Shown one piece after another: positions 37,043-48,510 of a stretch of DNA of 64,000 bases (position 1 is the first letter of the stretch; each line of letters starts with the position of its first letter). Source of the stretch: Octopus bimaculoides (Eukaryota); contig NC_068982.1 of the NCBI RefSeq assembly GCF_001194135.2, positions 9,403,778 to 9,467,777 on the forward strand, read 5' to 3'. Position numbers and translations under genes: made by a program. The notes below the pieces were generated by a model. That model saw nothing but the letters and a program-made list of their open reading frames with translations. It did no database searches and had not been told where the DNA came from.

Positions 37043-37980
37043 AGACATATGTATATATATATATATATAAATGCATACATATCTGCGTGCGTGTATGCAT
37101 GTATTTATGTATGAAAGTATGTATTAAAGTATGTATATACATATATAGATGTACTTTTACTTGTTTTTCAGTGTGTGTGTGTTACATATCGTGGTAAAAG
37201 TACACGCGATTCTGGCTTATTTATTCAGCGACTGAAATGCAAATATTTCTTCATATGTTTTCTTCATATTTAGCTTTTTGTAGTAACCTACTCCAGTTCA
37301 TGTTTCGTAAAGGTTTGATCTTTATAGAGATAGTGATCCACTTAACTTTAAGGAGGTAACTTGTAATTTTCTATATTTATTTTCATAGAAAATGCAGCAT
37401 AAATATTAGTTCAAAGTCCCTACCAAGGGATTGAAAATATTCTATCTTATTTAGTGGTCTATTCAAAGTACTTCAGAATATATTAAATTGAATTTACGAT
37501 ATTAAATTTTTCGACAATATAACCTGGTTTTGTGAATTAAGGGATATATATTTCATACAATTCGGAAAACACACACGCACATACATACGAAAACACACAC
37601 AGATATGTGATATGTGCGTATGTATATGTCAGTCAATGTGTTTGTGTGAGTGGTTTTATAATATGTGTCTACGTGTGTGTGTGTGCGTATGTAGTATTAA
37701 TATAATATCAAAAACGTAATTGATATTTAATCTTCATAAAACATACACTTGTTTCAATGAATCGACTGCCAGTATTACAAAATCATGTGGAGAGAGTGCC
37801 AAATCATATCGAATTAATTCGTCAGTGCTTTCAGTGAAGACTACAAAGTATAGAACTAACTGGATTTAGAATCTCCTTTATGCAAAATACTCATAACATC
37901 AAAGTTGTAACAGAGTATATGGTATCAGAATGCTAAGTAGTAGAATGGCGTAATGAGAAGCTAGACAATGTCGAGGCAAG

Positions 37981-38139
37981 CAGGGCCGGCTTAAGGTACC
38001 GGCAACTTGGGCAGTCGCCCATGTACTAGGGGGCGCCAAGGAGGGCGTGACAAAGACAAGGAGATTTCCACGACTGGTAGCTTGTACACGCCGAAGTCGC
38101 AGCTTGCCCGGAGCGCCAGCAACCCTAGGGCCGGGCCTA
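37981..38139. mobile_element. Short hAT-like MITE
   Basis: GC-rich island with termini CAGGGCCGGC...GCCGGGCCTA (8/10 complementary). TSD is poor (GAGGCAAG / GATGTAAA). Confidence 0.5.
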
Positions 38140-38244
38140 GATGTAAAGAAGGTGGTGGAGTCCACCCTACCGTTTATGTATTTAGGTAAACACATATAAA
38201 CACACGTACATACTTGAAACCATTCAGAAAGAGAGAAGGGGGGT

Positions 38245-38836
38245 GGATCTATTTTAAAACGGGGGCCACATTTTTCATTAATGTTTTACGTAGTGTTTTT
38301 GGTACCGAAAGACTTTCAAACTTCGTATACTTATCTATTTTGTGTTATAGAACAGAAAAATATTTTTGTATTCGAATTTATTTCATGTAAAAAATTGTCT
38401 TATTTCGATAATTTCAACCAATCACTGACAAGTATTCAGTTGTTTACATTTACTCCTTTGGATGATTAAGCGATGTAAAGCGTATTTAATCTCCATACCT
38501 TCGTTTTATTTGCTTTTTTCATTTTAAATTTGCTTTAACCCTAACCCTAACCCTAACCCTAACCCTAGGGTTAGGGTTTGGGTTAGGGTTAGGGTTAATT
38601 GTTTCAGAATCGTTTGTTTATGTCGTCGGCACTTAATGTATATCGGCTGAATGGACGTCAGTGATTGGTTGAAATTACAGAAATACGACAACTTTAACAT
38701 GGAATAACTTATGGATTTCTTTTTTTTAAAGAAGACTAAGAGAAAAAAGATGTTTTATATGATACATTCTACCAGTGTTCCAAGTTTCAAAGTGTTTCGT
38801 TAATGAAAATTGTGGCCCCCGTTTTAAAAAAGATCC
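38245..38836 (-). mobile_element. Telomere-palindrome MITE, copy 2
   Basis: GGATC...GATCC TIRs, opposite orientation to copy 1. (TAACCC)n-(TTAGGG)n at 38535-38598. G-run flanks AGGGGGGT / GGGGGGGGGGT are compatible with a slipped TSD. Confidence 0.92.
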
Positions 38837-39423
38837 GGGGGGGGGGTGAAGAAATAACCACAAACAAACCTTGTCTCATGCGTAACAACGATAACAACAA
38901 AAATACCATTAGCTTGGAAAACAATTGTGGAAAGTATAAAACACTATTGTCAACTCCATTATAACGCTTTCATACATCAGAAGTAAAAGGAGTTAGTTGT
39001 CCCATCGTTCGACCGCTTTATAATCTTAGTTTCAGAAAACCATTCTAAGGCAGGTGAAAGGCAGTGTTCGTAAATATTTCCGTTGTTTCTAAAGACGGAT
39101 AAGCAGTGTAATAGTAATCCGGGCACTCTACCACACGAACATGTTCACCATTGGGTGTATGCAGTTCCATACGGAACAACCATGCTGAAGTGGGTGGCAA
39201 CAAACATTCCTTTTCAGTATTGTTACTGCTTGCATCTCTTATAACGATTTTAGAACTAGGTGGTTTACTTGTAAGATCAGCGCCTGAACGCCGATTATTT
39301 TTCTATACATCGCAAGCTAGAGCAAACGAATGCCATCTCTAGCGGGTAGGTTTTTGTTGTTTTTTGAAGAATACTAAGTGAAATTTTTTGAGCGAAGCCG
39401 CCATCGTTGGGTGGAAGTGAATA

Positions 39424-41234
39424 ATGGAAGAAAAGAAGAGTTACGCAGAAGCTACTGGAAGGCGAAATACCATAGACCCACGTGTGCTGAAGCAGAAGAG
39501 GGTGGAGTGGAATGAGGAGAAGATAGCAAAATATTATTGCATGATAAAATAGAAGGGTCAAACAGAAAAATTGGATCTTTTTTAAAACGGGGGCCACATT
39601 TTTCATTAATGTTTTACGTAGTGTTTTTGGTACCGAAAGACTTTCAAACTTCGTATACTTATCTATTTTGTGTTATAGAACAGAAAAATATTTTTGTATT
39701 CGAATTTATTTCATGTAAAAAAATGTCTTATTTCGATAATTTCAACCAATCAGTGACAAGTATTCAGTTGTTTACATTTACTCCTTTGGCTGATTAAGCC
39801 ATAGCTTCGTTTTATTTACTTTTGTCATTTTAAATTTGCTTTCTTCATTTTAAATTTGCTTTTTTCATTTTCTTTCTTTTTCTTCGTTTTATTTGCTTTT
39901 TTCTTTTTAACTTTGCGGTTTTACCCTAACCCTAACCCTAACCCTAACCCTAACCCTAACCCTATCACCGATAGAATTGTTTCAGAATCGTTTGTTTATG
40001 TAGTCGGCACTTAATGTATATCGGCTGAATGGACGTCAGTGATTTGTTGAAATTACAGAAATACAACAACTTTAACATGCAATAACTTATGGATTTCTTT
40101 TTTTTTTTTAAAGACTAAGAGAAAAAGATGTTTTATATGACACATTCTACCAGTGTTCCAAGTTTCAAAGTGTTTCGTTAATGAAAAATGTGGCCCCCGT
40201 TTTAAAAAAGATCCGAAAAATGACCCTTCCAGAGGGGGAAAAAAGAAAATTGGAAAGCAGGACGGTGATATTCACATTTTCGAATGAAATTAGAATAGAA
40301 CACGCGCCACAGGAAGAGATAGAGGAAATATTGAAAGAACAAATTGGTGAAGGAATAACTTTCATTATAAGAGGAAGGAAATATGCGACTATAATAGTCA
40401 CCTTTGTATCAGAAGAGGAGGCGAAAATGAACAACAGACTGATATTGGGAGAGAAATAGACGTTGGTGCCGAACTGTTTGAGCAAAAGAATCGTCAGGGT
40501 CAGGATGGGAAGAATCCCACCGTCGATAGACCCAGAATGGGTAATAGTCGCAATTTTTAATTCAGAGCTGGTGAAGGGAAGTGAAAACATGGACATTTGC
40601 ATAGTAAGCAGAACTCAAGAATTGAATTGGTGGGGGATATGGTATTGAAGTAATTTGCGCAGTAAGACCAGAGTATTATGACGAAATGGCGGAAACTGTA
40701 GAATTACGAAACGGTGAAAAAGTGGAAGTAATGTTGGAGGGGAGACCCCCAAAATGCTACGGATGCGGTGAAAGAGGGCACCTGAGAAGCAAATGCCCTA
40801 GAGTAGCAGTAGAAATGGTGGAAGAGAGTGTATAGGAAGATATAGTGGTGGAAAAAAGGCAGAAGTAGAGAACAGAATATGACAGGAATTAGGCGGAGGT
40901 AAAACCCAGGAAAAGAGAGAGAAGAAAGTCACCGGCGATAGTGGAAGTGAAGAAGTGCAAAGGAATGGAAGAAGAAACTCAACCCACGACGAGAAACGGA
41001 GAAAATTTACCAATGGAAGTACCAGCAAAGGAATTAAAAGCACAGAGTCAGTCAGACCATAAAAGAGACAACCCAGAATTACGGAAACCTAAAGACATAG
41101 ACACAGAGATGAAACACGTCGAGTTGCAGTCAAACGAACACAGACACACAAATACACGAACACACAGACTTAGAGACGGAAATACAAGAACACATAAAAC
41201 AGCAGGAAAATATGAGCAAAAGGAGATCATCTAA
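39424..41234 (+). pseudogene. Decayed L1/Tx1-type ORF1 (gag-like: RRM-like region plus CCHC zinc knuckle)
   Basis: MEEKKSYAEATGRR (39424). After the MITE: RKMTLPEGEKRKLESRTVIFTF...YATIIVTFVSEEEAK...*TLVPNCLSKRIVRVRMGRIPPSIDPEWV. Frameshift in the G5 run at 40632-40636, then ...VEVMLEGRPPKCYGCGERGHLRSKCP (C-X2-C-X4-H-X4-C at 40755-40796), then a K/E/R-rich tail. Confidence 0.8.
39573..40214 (-). mobile_element. Telomere-palindrome MITE, copy 3, nested in ORF1; one telomeric arm lost
   Basis: GGATC...GATCC TIRs; TSD GAAAAATT (39565-39572) / GAAAAATG (40215-40222); only (CCCTAA)n remains, at ~39922-39964. Confidence 0.92.
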
Positions 41235-41914
41235 AGCACAAACGAAAAGAAAAATTACAGTGAGATAGGACACCGCAACTTGAAAGAAGTAAGTGGTAAG
41301 TCATTATAATTTTGAGAGGAATGATTGTCTGAACTTTGTAGGAAAAAATGGAAAAAATAATGGAAAATTTGAAACTGTTAAATGAACGGTTTTCCTAAAG
41401 GTTTTTAAACACTGTGATAAACATTTTCTTTTTTTAGTTTAAAAAAAAAGGAAAAGAAATAAACGGGCAAAAGCGAAGAGGGAAGTCGCGGTTTCGCCTC
41501 GGAGCGAGGCTAAAGGTTGTGTTAAAAGGAATACGCTGTTTCATCTCGCAGCGGGAAGGAGATGGTCGATTCATTTGCATCGTAAATATACTCATTTCAC
41601 ATTCATTCATCCTTCATATGTTGTATGTTCTCGCATGCCTTTGTATGCCCCCTCTGTAATTAGGCCTTGTGTCTGTAATAAAGAATTAATCTCTAGCGGA
41701 CAGAATACGGGAAAAGATGGAAGTATGTGGCGAAGAAGTTGGGGTGAACAACCCTGCTTAATCTTATCCATTAATCTTATCCATAAAGAAGTACGGTGTA
41801 GCCGTTGAATTTCTCGGCCAAGTGTAAATTGGTAAAATCTTGTAAAATTTTAATTATATTATTCATCAACATATTTTTAAGATCCCATTAGAAACGAACT
41901 CATAAACACACTAT

Positions 41915-41977
41915 TCGTTTGTAATGTCCTCTGTTGTCCCATCTATGTTTGATATGTAATTACCATAATAAAGAATC
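41915..41977 (+). mobile_element. Orphan 3' tail related to SINE A tail type 2
   Basis: TGTCCTCTGTTGTCCCATCTATGTTTG...AATAAAGAAT versus SINE TGTCCTTGGTTGTCCCCTCTGTGTTTA...AATAAAGAAAT. Confidence 0.6.
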
Positions 41978-42347
41978 AATCACTAACGTATATGCGTCCA
42001 GTACTGAGGAAGGGCAAATACACTGACACTAGGCTGGTCAACTGGTCCTGTCAAATTATGAGATGGTAAGGATTCGCTTCCCTGCTTGCAATATGCCGGA
42101 CACAAGTTTTGTTAGCCGGCTGGAGAAGGTGTCCCCTGGAGTTGAAAAAACAGTTGTAACATCATTAGCCATGTTGAAATGGCAACAAACATTACTCTAC
42201 TAGCACTAGCTGACCACGTGCCGTCAATAATGACGGCTAATTGAAGTATTCTATATATAAATAAGGTACAAAATAAGGTACATAATAATCACACATACAA
42301 ACATTCACGTACTTCCCTTGTAAACATACACACATACACACATACAC

Positions 42348-42410
42348 AAAAATCAGCGTTTCAACTCTGTGTGAGCATATGGCTCACACAGAGTTGAAAC
42401 GCTGATTTTT
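42348..42410. other. Perfect 29-bp inverted repeat with 5-nt loop
   Basis: AAAAATCAGCGTTTCAACTCTGTGTGAGC-ATATG-GCTCACACAGAGTTGAAACGCTGATTTTT. Confidence 0.95.
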
Positions 42411-44344
42411 TTTCACCCCTCCCTTTCTCTCATTCCCTCTCAGTCACTACACCTTCACTGAATTACTATTTACTTTCTTCCTCTGCGTCCAGCGTGATTC
42501 TGGACAAATACATACATATATATATANNNNNNNNNNNNNNNNNNNNNNNNNNNNNNNNNNNNNNNNNNNNNNNNNNNNNNNNNNNNNNNNNNNNNNNNNN
42601 NNNNNNNNNNNNNNNNNNNNNNNNNNNNNNNNNNNNNNNNNNNNNNNNNNNNNNNNNNNNNNNNNNNNNNNNNNNNNNNNNNNNNNNNNNNNNNNNNNNN
42701 NNNNNNNNNNNNNNNNNNNNNNNNNNNNNNNNNNNNNNNNNNNNNNNNNNNNNNNNNNNNNNNNNNNNNNNNNNNNNNNNNNNNNNNNNNNNNNNNNNNN
42801 NNNNNNNNNNNNNNNNNNNNNNNNNNNNNNNNNNNNNNNNNNNNNNNNNNNNNNNNNNNNNNNNNNNNNNNNNNNNNNNNNNNNNNNNNNNNNNNNNNNN
42901 NNNNNNNNNNNNNNNNNNNNNNNNNNNNNNNNNNNNNNNNNNNNNNNNNNNNNNNNNNNNNNNNNNNNNNNNNNNNNNNNNNNNNNNNNNNNNNNNNNNN
43001 NNNNNNNNNNNNNNNNNNNNNNNNNNNNNNNNNNNNNNNNNNNNNNNNNNNNNNNNNNNNNNNNNNNNNNNNNNNNNNNNNNNNNNNNNNNNNNNNNNNN
43101 NNNNNNNNNNNNNNNNNNNNNNNNNNNNNNNNNNNNNNNNNNNNNNNNNNNNNNNNNNNNNNNNNNNNNNNNNNNNNNTATATATATATATATATCAAAA
43201 TGAGCAACAAGGTTATCCAAAGTTAATGCAGCACGATCGTTTCACGCAACTCCATTTATTTAAGCAATGTGAACATTACATCAAATGTAAAATGCAGAGC
43301 AATCCTCAGCTGCAAAAAGATATAGAAATTTACTGAAATTACATTTCAACAGCAGGACGAATTTTTATAACTACATTTAAACTCTCCAAGTAGAAAGGAA
43401 GAATGCAAAAAGACAAAAGATATATATATATATATGTATTGAGAGAGACAAGCAGACAGAGACATGCAAATGCTAATAGAGGCCACTTTGACGGATAACA
43501 GCAAACAATTCACTATTTCGTACGTTTTATATTTTCATATAGATAAACTGTATTAGAAATTATGTTATTTTTTTCCCAATTCACAAGACAAAAGTATACT
43601 TACTTTTTAGATTCAATGATGTACGTCGGAATAAAATCAATATTGTATTCAGTGCATATACGTCTTAAAGTACAAGCGTGTTTAAAGCACGTGTGAATAG
43701 AAGACGCGCGAACTGCACTATATTTCTGTGTACTGCTAATGATGTTACTAATATCAGAGATGCGCAGAATTAGATTTCAGTAAGAAAGTATTCTTTAGAT
43801 GTCTATTTTATCTTAGAATAGAAAACAAAAAAAGAGAAGTGAGTGCGCGATAATAATAGCTAGATGAAATACGTCTGCATGATTAATGCAAAATTCAATA
43901 AAAAGAAATGCACTCAGGAAGAAGATGGAAAAATATAAGACATAATAGTTTGATGGATTAATAAATTAAAAATAGCTTTTGTGTATAGATTTTATAGTTC
44001 GAAATATCAGTTGTCTACAGTTTTGAAATTAGAGAACTGAACTATAAAACTAAATGTATTTCGGTTAAAATATGGAACACAGGTAAGAAATGTATAAAAG
44101 TACTTAAATGCTTGCAAAAATGAAAGAGCATTTTCCGTTGCAGAAGGTTAGAGTAAGTGTCAAATTCATAGAAATAAAAGATAATAGTTGAACTGCTTGT
44201 AAATTGCGTTCCTGCTGCGGAATAAGCTAACATTGTTTCATTTTTGTATTTACCTATTGATTTGTTTCTTTTTTTATATCACAATTCATTTTTCATCATG
44301 CAGGTCGTTAATCAAAAGTTTTCGCGCCATCAATATACCTGTAT

Positions 44345-44520
44345 TTTTTTTTAAGATATAGATCTATGTTGCAATCTATATCTTTTTAAAAAATATATAT
44401 CTATATTTGTTTTTAAAGATATAAATCTATATTTTTTCAAGATATAGATCTATATATTTTTTAATATATAGATCTATATCATTACCTATGTCGTTTTTAA
44501 AGATATAGATCTATATTGCA
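44345..44520. repeat. AT-rich minisatellite with unit core TTTAAGATATAGATCTATA
   Basis: About six diverged units, most containing the palindrome ATAGATCTAT. Confidence 0.75.
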
Positions 44521-45214
44521 TAAAGTATTCTTTCGTACTTTATCACAGAAGAGCGTGATCTTTAAGATATGGCTATTTTAGTAGATCGATTCACATAGAT
44601 TCTCTCAAGAGAATAAGTACAGGGTATACTTAAATTGCCTTTACAATTTATGAAATTTATAAAACAAAACTTAAAAGAAGTGTAAGTGAATAGAGCTTAG
44701 CATGGGCGCCATTCATTACAAACAAGATGATCGATGGATCTCACTTGAATAGATACAATAAATTTCAGCAATGTTAAAGATACTTTTTGAACCTCTTGTA
44801 ATTCTGAAGAGGGTATTTATGTATCCCCAAAATTTTAATTAATTCAACATACATCTAAACTAATGTTTTTCTAATTTATATATTGTGAATATACGATAGA
44901 GAGATTGACAGATAAATAATAATATGCAACAGATACATCGTAAATATAACGGAGGAAGCAGGTATATAAATCGGGATTATAGTGAAGATGTGTGTCTTTT
45001 TTATATGGTATTGTGAGGAGATTCCGATGAAAACGATGTAAAACTTATTTATATGAATTCTGCTTTACTGGACTTTTTCAATTATTTGACTGCTATGAAA
45101 GCATTTGAAAATTTGAATATTAATAAAAGTACATAAGCCCCATAGGTAATGAAACCTTTCCAATACGACTAACATTAGTTTTTAGAGTACAGTTTTAACT
45201 CTATTTAGAAAAGG

Positions 45215-45299
<85 letters not shown>

Positions 45300-45345
45300 T
45301 AATAATAAAAATAATAATAATAATAAGGATAATAACAATAATAAT
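45215..45345. repeat. (TAA)n microsatellite
   Basis: Direct reading. Confidence 0.95.
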
Positions 45346-46127
45346 AAAACTTATAAATTTTAAAAGCTGCTTTTCTTGAAAAAATGATTTGCTTTGTTTA
45401 GTCATATCCATTTCAAATATTAAATCACATCAGTTTTAAGCATGAAGAAGCAAAATAAAATAATTTCAAAAAAAAAGACAAAGGCAAGAAAATACGACTT
45501 TGATGAAAAGGAAGTTCTTTCTCTTCAAAATTACATTTCACTAAAACAAAAATGAAATGTTTCTTCGAGTCGTAATTAGCAGATCGATTTTGAATGCAAA
45601 AGGAAACACGGAGACAAAATTGAGTAACTGCTTGCAATTCAAACATTTTCTTTCACGAAAAACAAAATAATTAGCGTTGAGAACGGAATCAATAGATGTG
45701 CATCGTTTGATCTCGTTTCAAATTTTCATTTATCGTTTGTTTTTCTTCCATACTGTGTCAGTACTAATATTTCGTTCATGCTCTGTATCTCTGAATTTCT
45801 CGTACGTTTACATAGTAATAAATTAGGAACAGCAACAGAATTTCATTGATCTATTCTTTCTTATTTTATAAGCTACCATGGAGATCTCTCCATATGCCTT
45901 ATTTCGCATTATTCATAGGGTGTATCACATATCAAATGGCATGGCAAGTTTCTAAAGTCAACTAATTCACATTACGGCATTACATTACAGTAACTTATAA
46001 TATTCCATATGCCACATGTGTGATATGCCTGCGCACACCCACACACCCACACACACACACATACAAGCATACACACATAAAGAAATATACACGCACATAC
46101 ACACATGCATGTATATATATGTATGTG

Positions 46128-46177
<50 letters not shown>

Positions 46178-46450
46178 NNNNNNNNNNNNNNNNNNNNNNN
46201 NNNNNNNNNNNNNNNNNNNNNNNNNNNNNNNNNNNNNNNNNNNNNNNNNNNNNNNNNNNNNNNNNNNNNNNNNNNNNNNNNNNNNNNNNNNNNNNNNNNN
46301 NNNNNNNNNNNNNNNNNNNNNNNNNNNNNNNNNNNNNNNNNNNNNNNNNNNNNNNNNNNNNNNNNNNNNNNNNNNNNNNNNNNNNNNNNNNNNNNNNNNN
46401 NNNNNNNNNNNNNNNNNNNNNNNNNNNNNNNNNNNNNNNNNNNNNNNNNN

Positions 46451-46485
<35 letters not shown>

Positions 46486-46992
46486 GTGCACGGTTTTGTT
46501 TCAGTTTGAATACATACACACACACATACAACACACGTATACACACACGCACACATATAATTATGCGTATGTGTGTGTGTGTGTGGATAAATGTATGTGT
46601 GTGTGTGTGTGGATAAATGTATGTGCGTGTTCGTAAATATTCGTAGATCTGAATTATTAACACTAACACATTAAATATTTAATATGATTGGCATTCAACA
46701 GTCCAATAGTCCATTATTGTAGCTTTGGATAAAAAAGATTGGGTTTTCTGCTACAATTAAATTGTCATTGCGAGAACAATCACGCAGCAGACAAAGCGAA
46801 ACTTTAGCTTCAGCTGAAAGACTAAAACCCAATATCAGAAATCCTCATCTCACATTCCGACTGTTATATACGAATATCAATTTATTTGCTAAAGGAGACA
46901 TTTATACAATTTTGTGCCCGTAAAAAAATACAGCTAGGTAACAGTAGACTTCAGTCAGCAGTCAATCAATCTATCTATCAATCTATCAATCG

Positions 46993-47210
46993 CTCCAAGG
47001 CGGCGATCTGGCAGAAACGTTAGCACGCCGGGCGAAATGCTTAGCGGTATTTCGTCTGTCTTTACGTTCTGAGTTCAAATTCCGCCGAGGTCGATTTTGC
47101 CTTTCATCCTTTTTCGGTCGATAAATTAAATACCAGTTGCGTACTGGGGTCGATCTAATCGACTGGCCTCCTTCCCCAAAGTTTCGGACTTTGTGCATAG
47201 AGGAGAAATG
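46993..47210 (+). mobile_element. SINE family A, tail type 1, 13-bp TSD
   Basis: Full head and B-box. TSD AATCTATCAATCG at 46980-46992 and 47211-47223. Confidence 0.92.
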
Positions 47211-47544
47211 AATCTATCAATCGATTTATAAGTCTCCCTGTGTATATATACTGTATACATATGCATACGTATCGTGCACGGACAGGGTACCGAATGCACT
47301 TTTGCCGAAGGACGAGAAACCTAAGCCAAGAAGCCGAACGGACACAATGCTGAACGGACGTAAAGCCGAACGCACACAATAATGTAAAAAAAAAATGACC
47401 ATTTCTACCTACGCAGTTTAATGATAAGTTCAGTCTGTCAGATGTTCATATTGTAGGAGTGAAATGATTATCATATAATTTAATTTTCGTCTGTCTCTGC
47501 TATGTCATTGAAAATGATTGTATTTTATAGTGAGAATTTATTAA

Positions 47545-47625
47545 AAAAAAAACCAAAGACAAAGATGGGTGTAAACAACAAACAGATGTATCAGTTTAAC
47601 AGTCGGGAAGTGAGAAAGTCTTTTG
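47545..47625 (-). repeat. Fragment of the repeat family that carries the hammerhead-like motif at 55.6 kb
   Basis: Reverse complement matches 55640-55720 (CTTTC.CACTTCCCGA...GTTAAACT.ATACAT.TGTTTGTTGT.TACACC). Confidence 0.7.
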
Positions 47626-47626
47626 T

Positions 47627-47738
47627 CAAAATATTTTCGTCGCTTTGAAACTGCGACCTGTTCATTGACAAAATTCCGCGCTGCATCTGAATTTTTTCAG
47701 TGAACAGCTCACAGTTTCAAAGCGACTAAAATATTTTG
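47627..47738. other. Fold-back element, 50-bp arms (45/50 complementary), 12-nt loop
   Basis: CAAAATATTTTCGTCGCTTTGAAACTGCGACCTGTTCATTGACAAAATTC / GAATTTTTTCAGTGAACAGCTCACAGTTTCAAAGCGACTAAAATATTTTG. Confidence 0.85.
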
Positions 47739-48027
47739 AGAAATTAAATTTAAATGCTGAAGTGAATCTAACGATTTTTGCGTGTTTTTAAATGGCTTAT
47801 AAACACCTTCCACGCTACACTCGTGTATATATATATATATATATATATATATNNNNNNNNNNNNNNNNNNNNNNNNNNNNNNNNNNNNNNNNNNNNNNNN
47901 NNNNNNNNNNNNNNNNNNNNNNNNNNNNNNNNNNNNNNNNAAAAAACTTGGATGTGTTTAGACCAAAGATTGGTTCATGCCATGTCTTACTTAAAAGCAC
48001 CATCTGATAGGATTATCTAAATCCTTT

Positions 48028-48510
48028 TTAAGTCAAGTTTTGTGGTATCATGGTCCATTCGAGTAGGGAGTTCTTGTTGAGTGAGTTGTATCCAGGTATA
48101 GGTGACTTATCTCGTATTCCTTGAAGAAATTTGTCCAGATTCAGTTTAAAGGTGATGGGATCCTTTTCCTCTTTAATCTGTTTTGGGACAATGTTAAATA
48201 GGGCAAGGCCTGCTGAGGAAAAGAAATTGTGCTGCAGTGTATTTATGTGCTGTGATCCTGAATTGGATAGGGGACGTATGGCCAGTAGTCCTAGCCTTGG
48301 ATGAATCTTTAAGCTAATGTTGAGGTCGTTTGGGCAATGCTGGCAGTATGTTCTCCACATCATCATGCAAATGATGTATCGCTCGCGGCGGCGCTGGAGA
48401 GAGTAGAGTTTCAATGCTTTAAGGCGGTCCCAGTAATCGAGAATCGTTTAGCGTATTCCCTCTGGGTTGATTCAATTTTCAAGATGTTTTGCTTTGTATG
48501 GGGAGACGAG
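48028..48510 (-). mobile_element. 5'-truncated CR1/L2-group LINE, ORF2 C-terminus
   Basis: Minus strand KQNILKIESTQREYAKR / DYWDRLKALKLYSLQRRRERY...FNIVPKQIKEEKDPITFKLNLDKFL; matches the LE.VQRRA..I / Y.ERL..L.L.SL..RR pattern of CR1-group ORF2. Confidence 0.85.

Larger units (their letters stand above)
39346..41688 (+). mobile_element. ORF1-only L1/Tx1-like retroposon (~1.69 kb once the nested MITE is removed)
   Basis: 11-bp direct repeats ATCTCTAGCGG at 39335-39345 and 41689-41699; AATAAA at 41677-41682 just before the right repeat; decayed ORF1 with a CCHC knuckle; no endonuclease or RT motif recognised. Confidence 0.75.

Noticed and set aside
39140-41700. LTR retrotransposon interpretation of the gag-like ORF
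   Set aside because: No long terminal repeats, PBS or PPT; only an 11-bp direct repeat and a terminal AATAAA, which fit a non-LTR insertion.
47270-47380. GCCGAACG repeats as a CRISPR-like or regulatory array
   Set aside because: Only three or four short irregular units; most likely a subterminal remnant of a DNA transposon.
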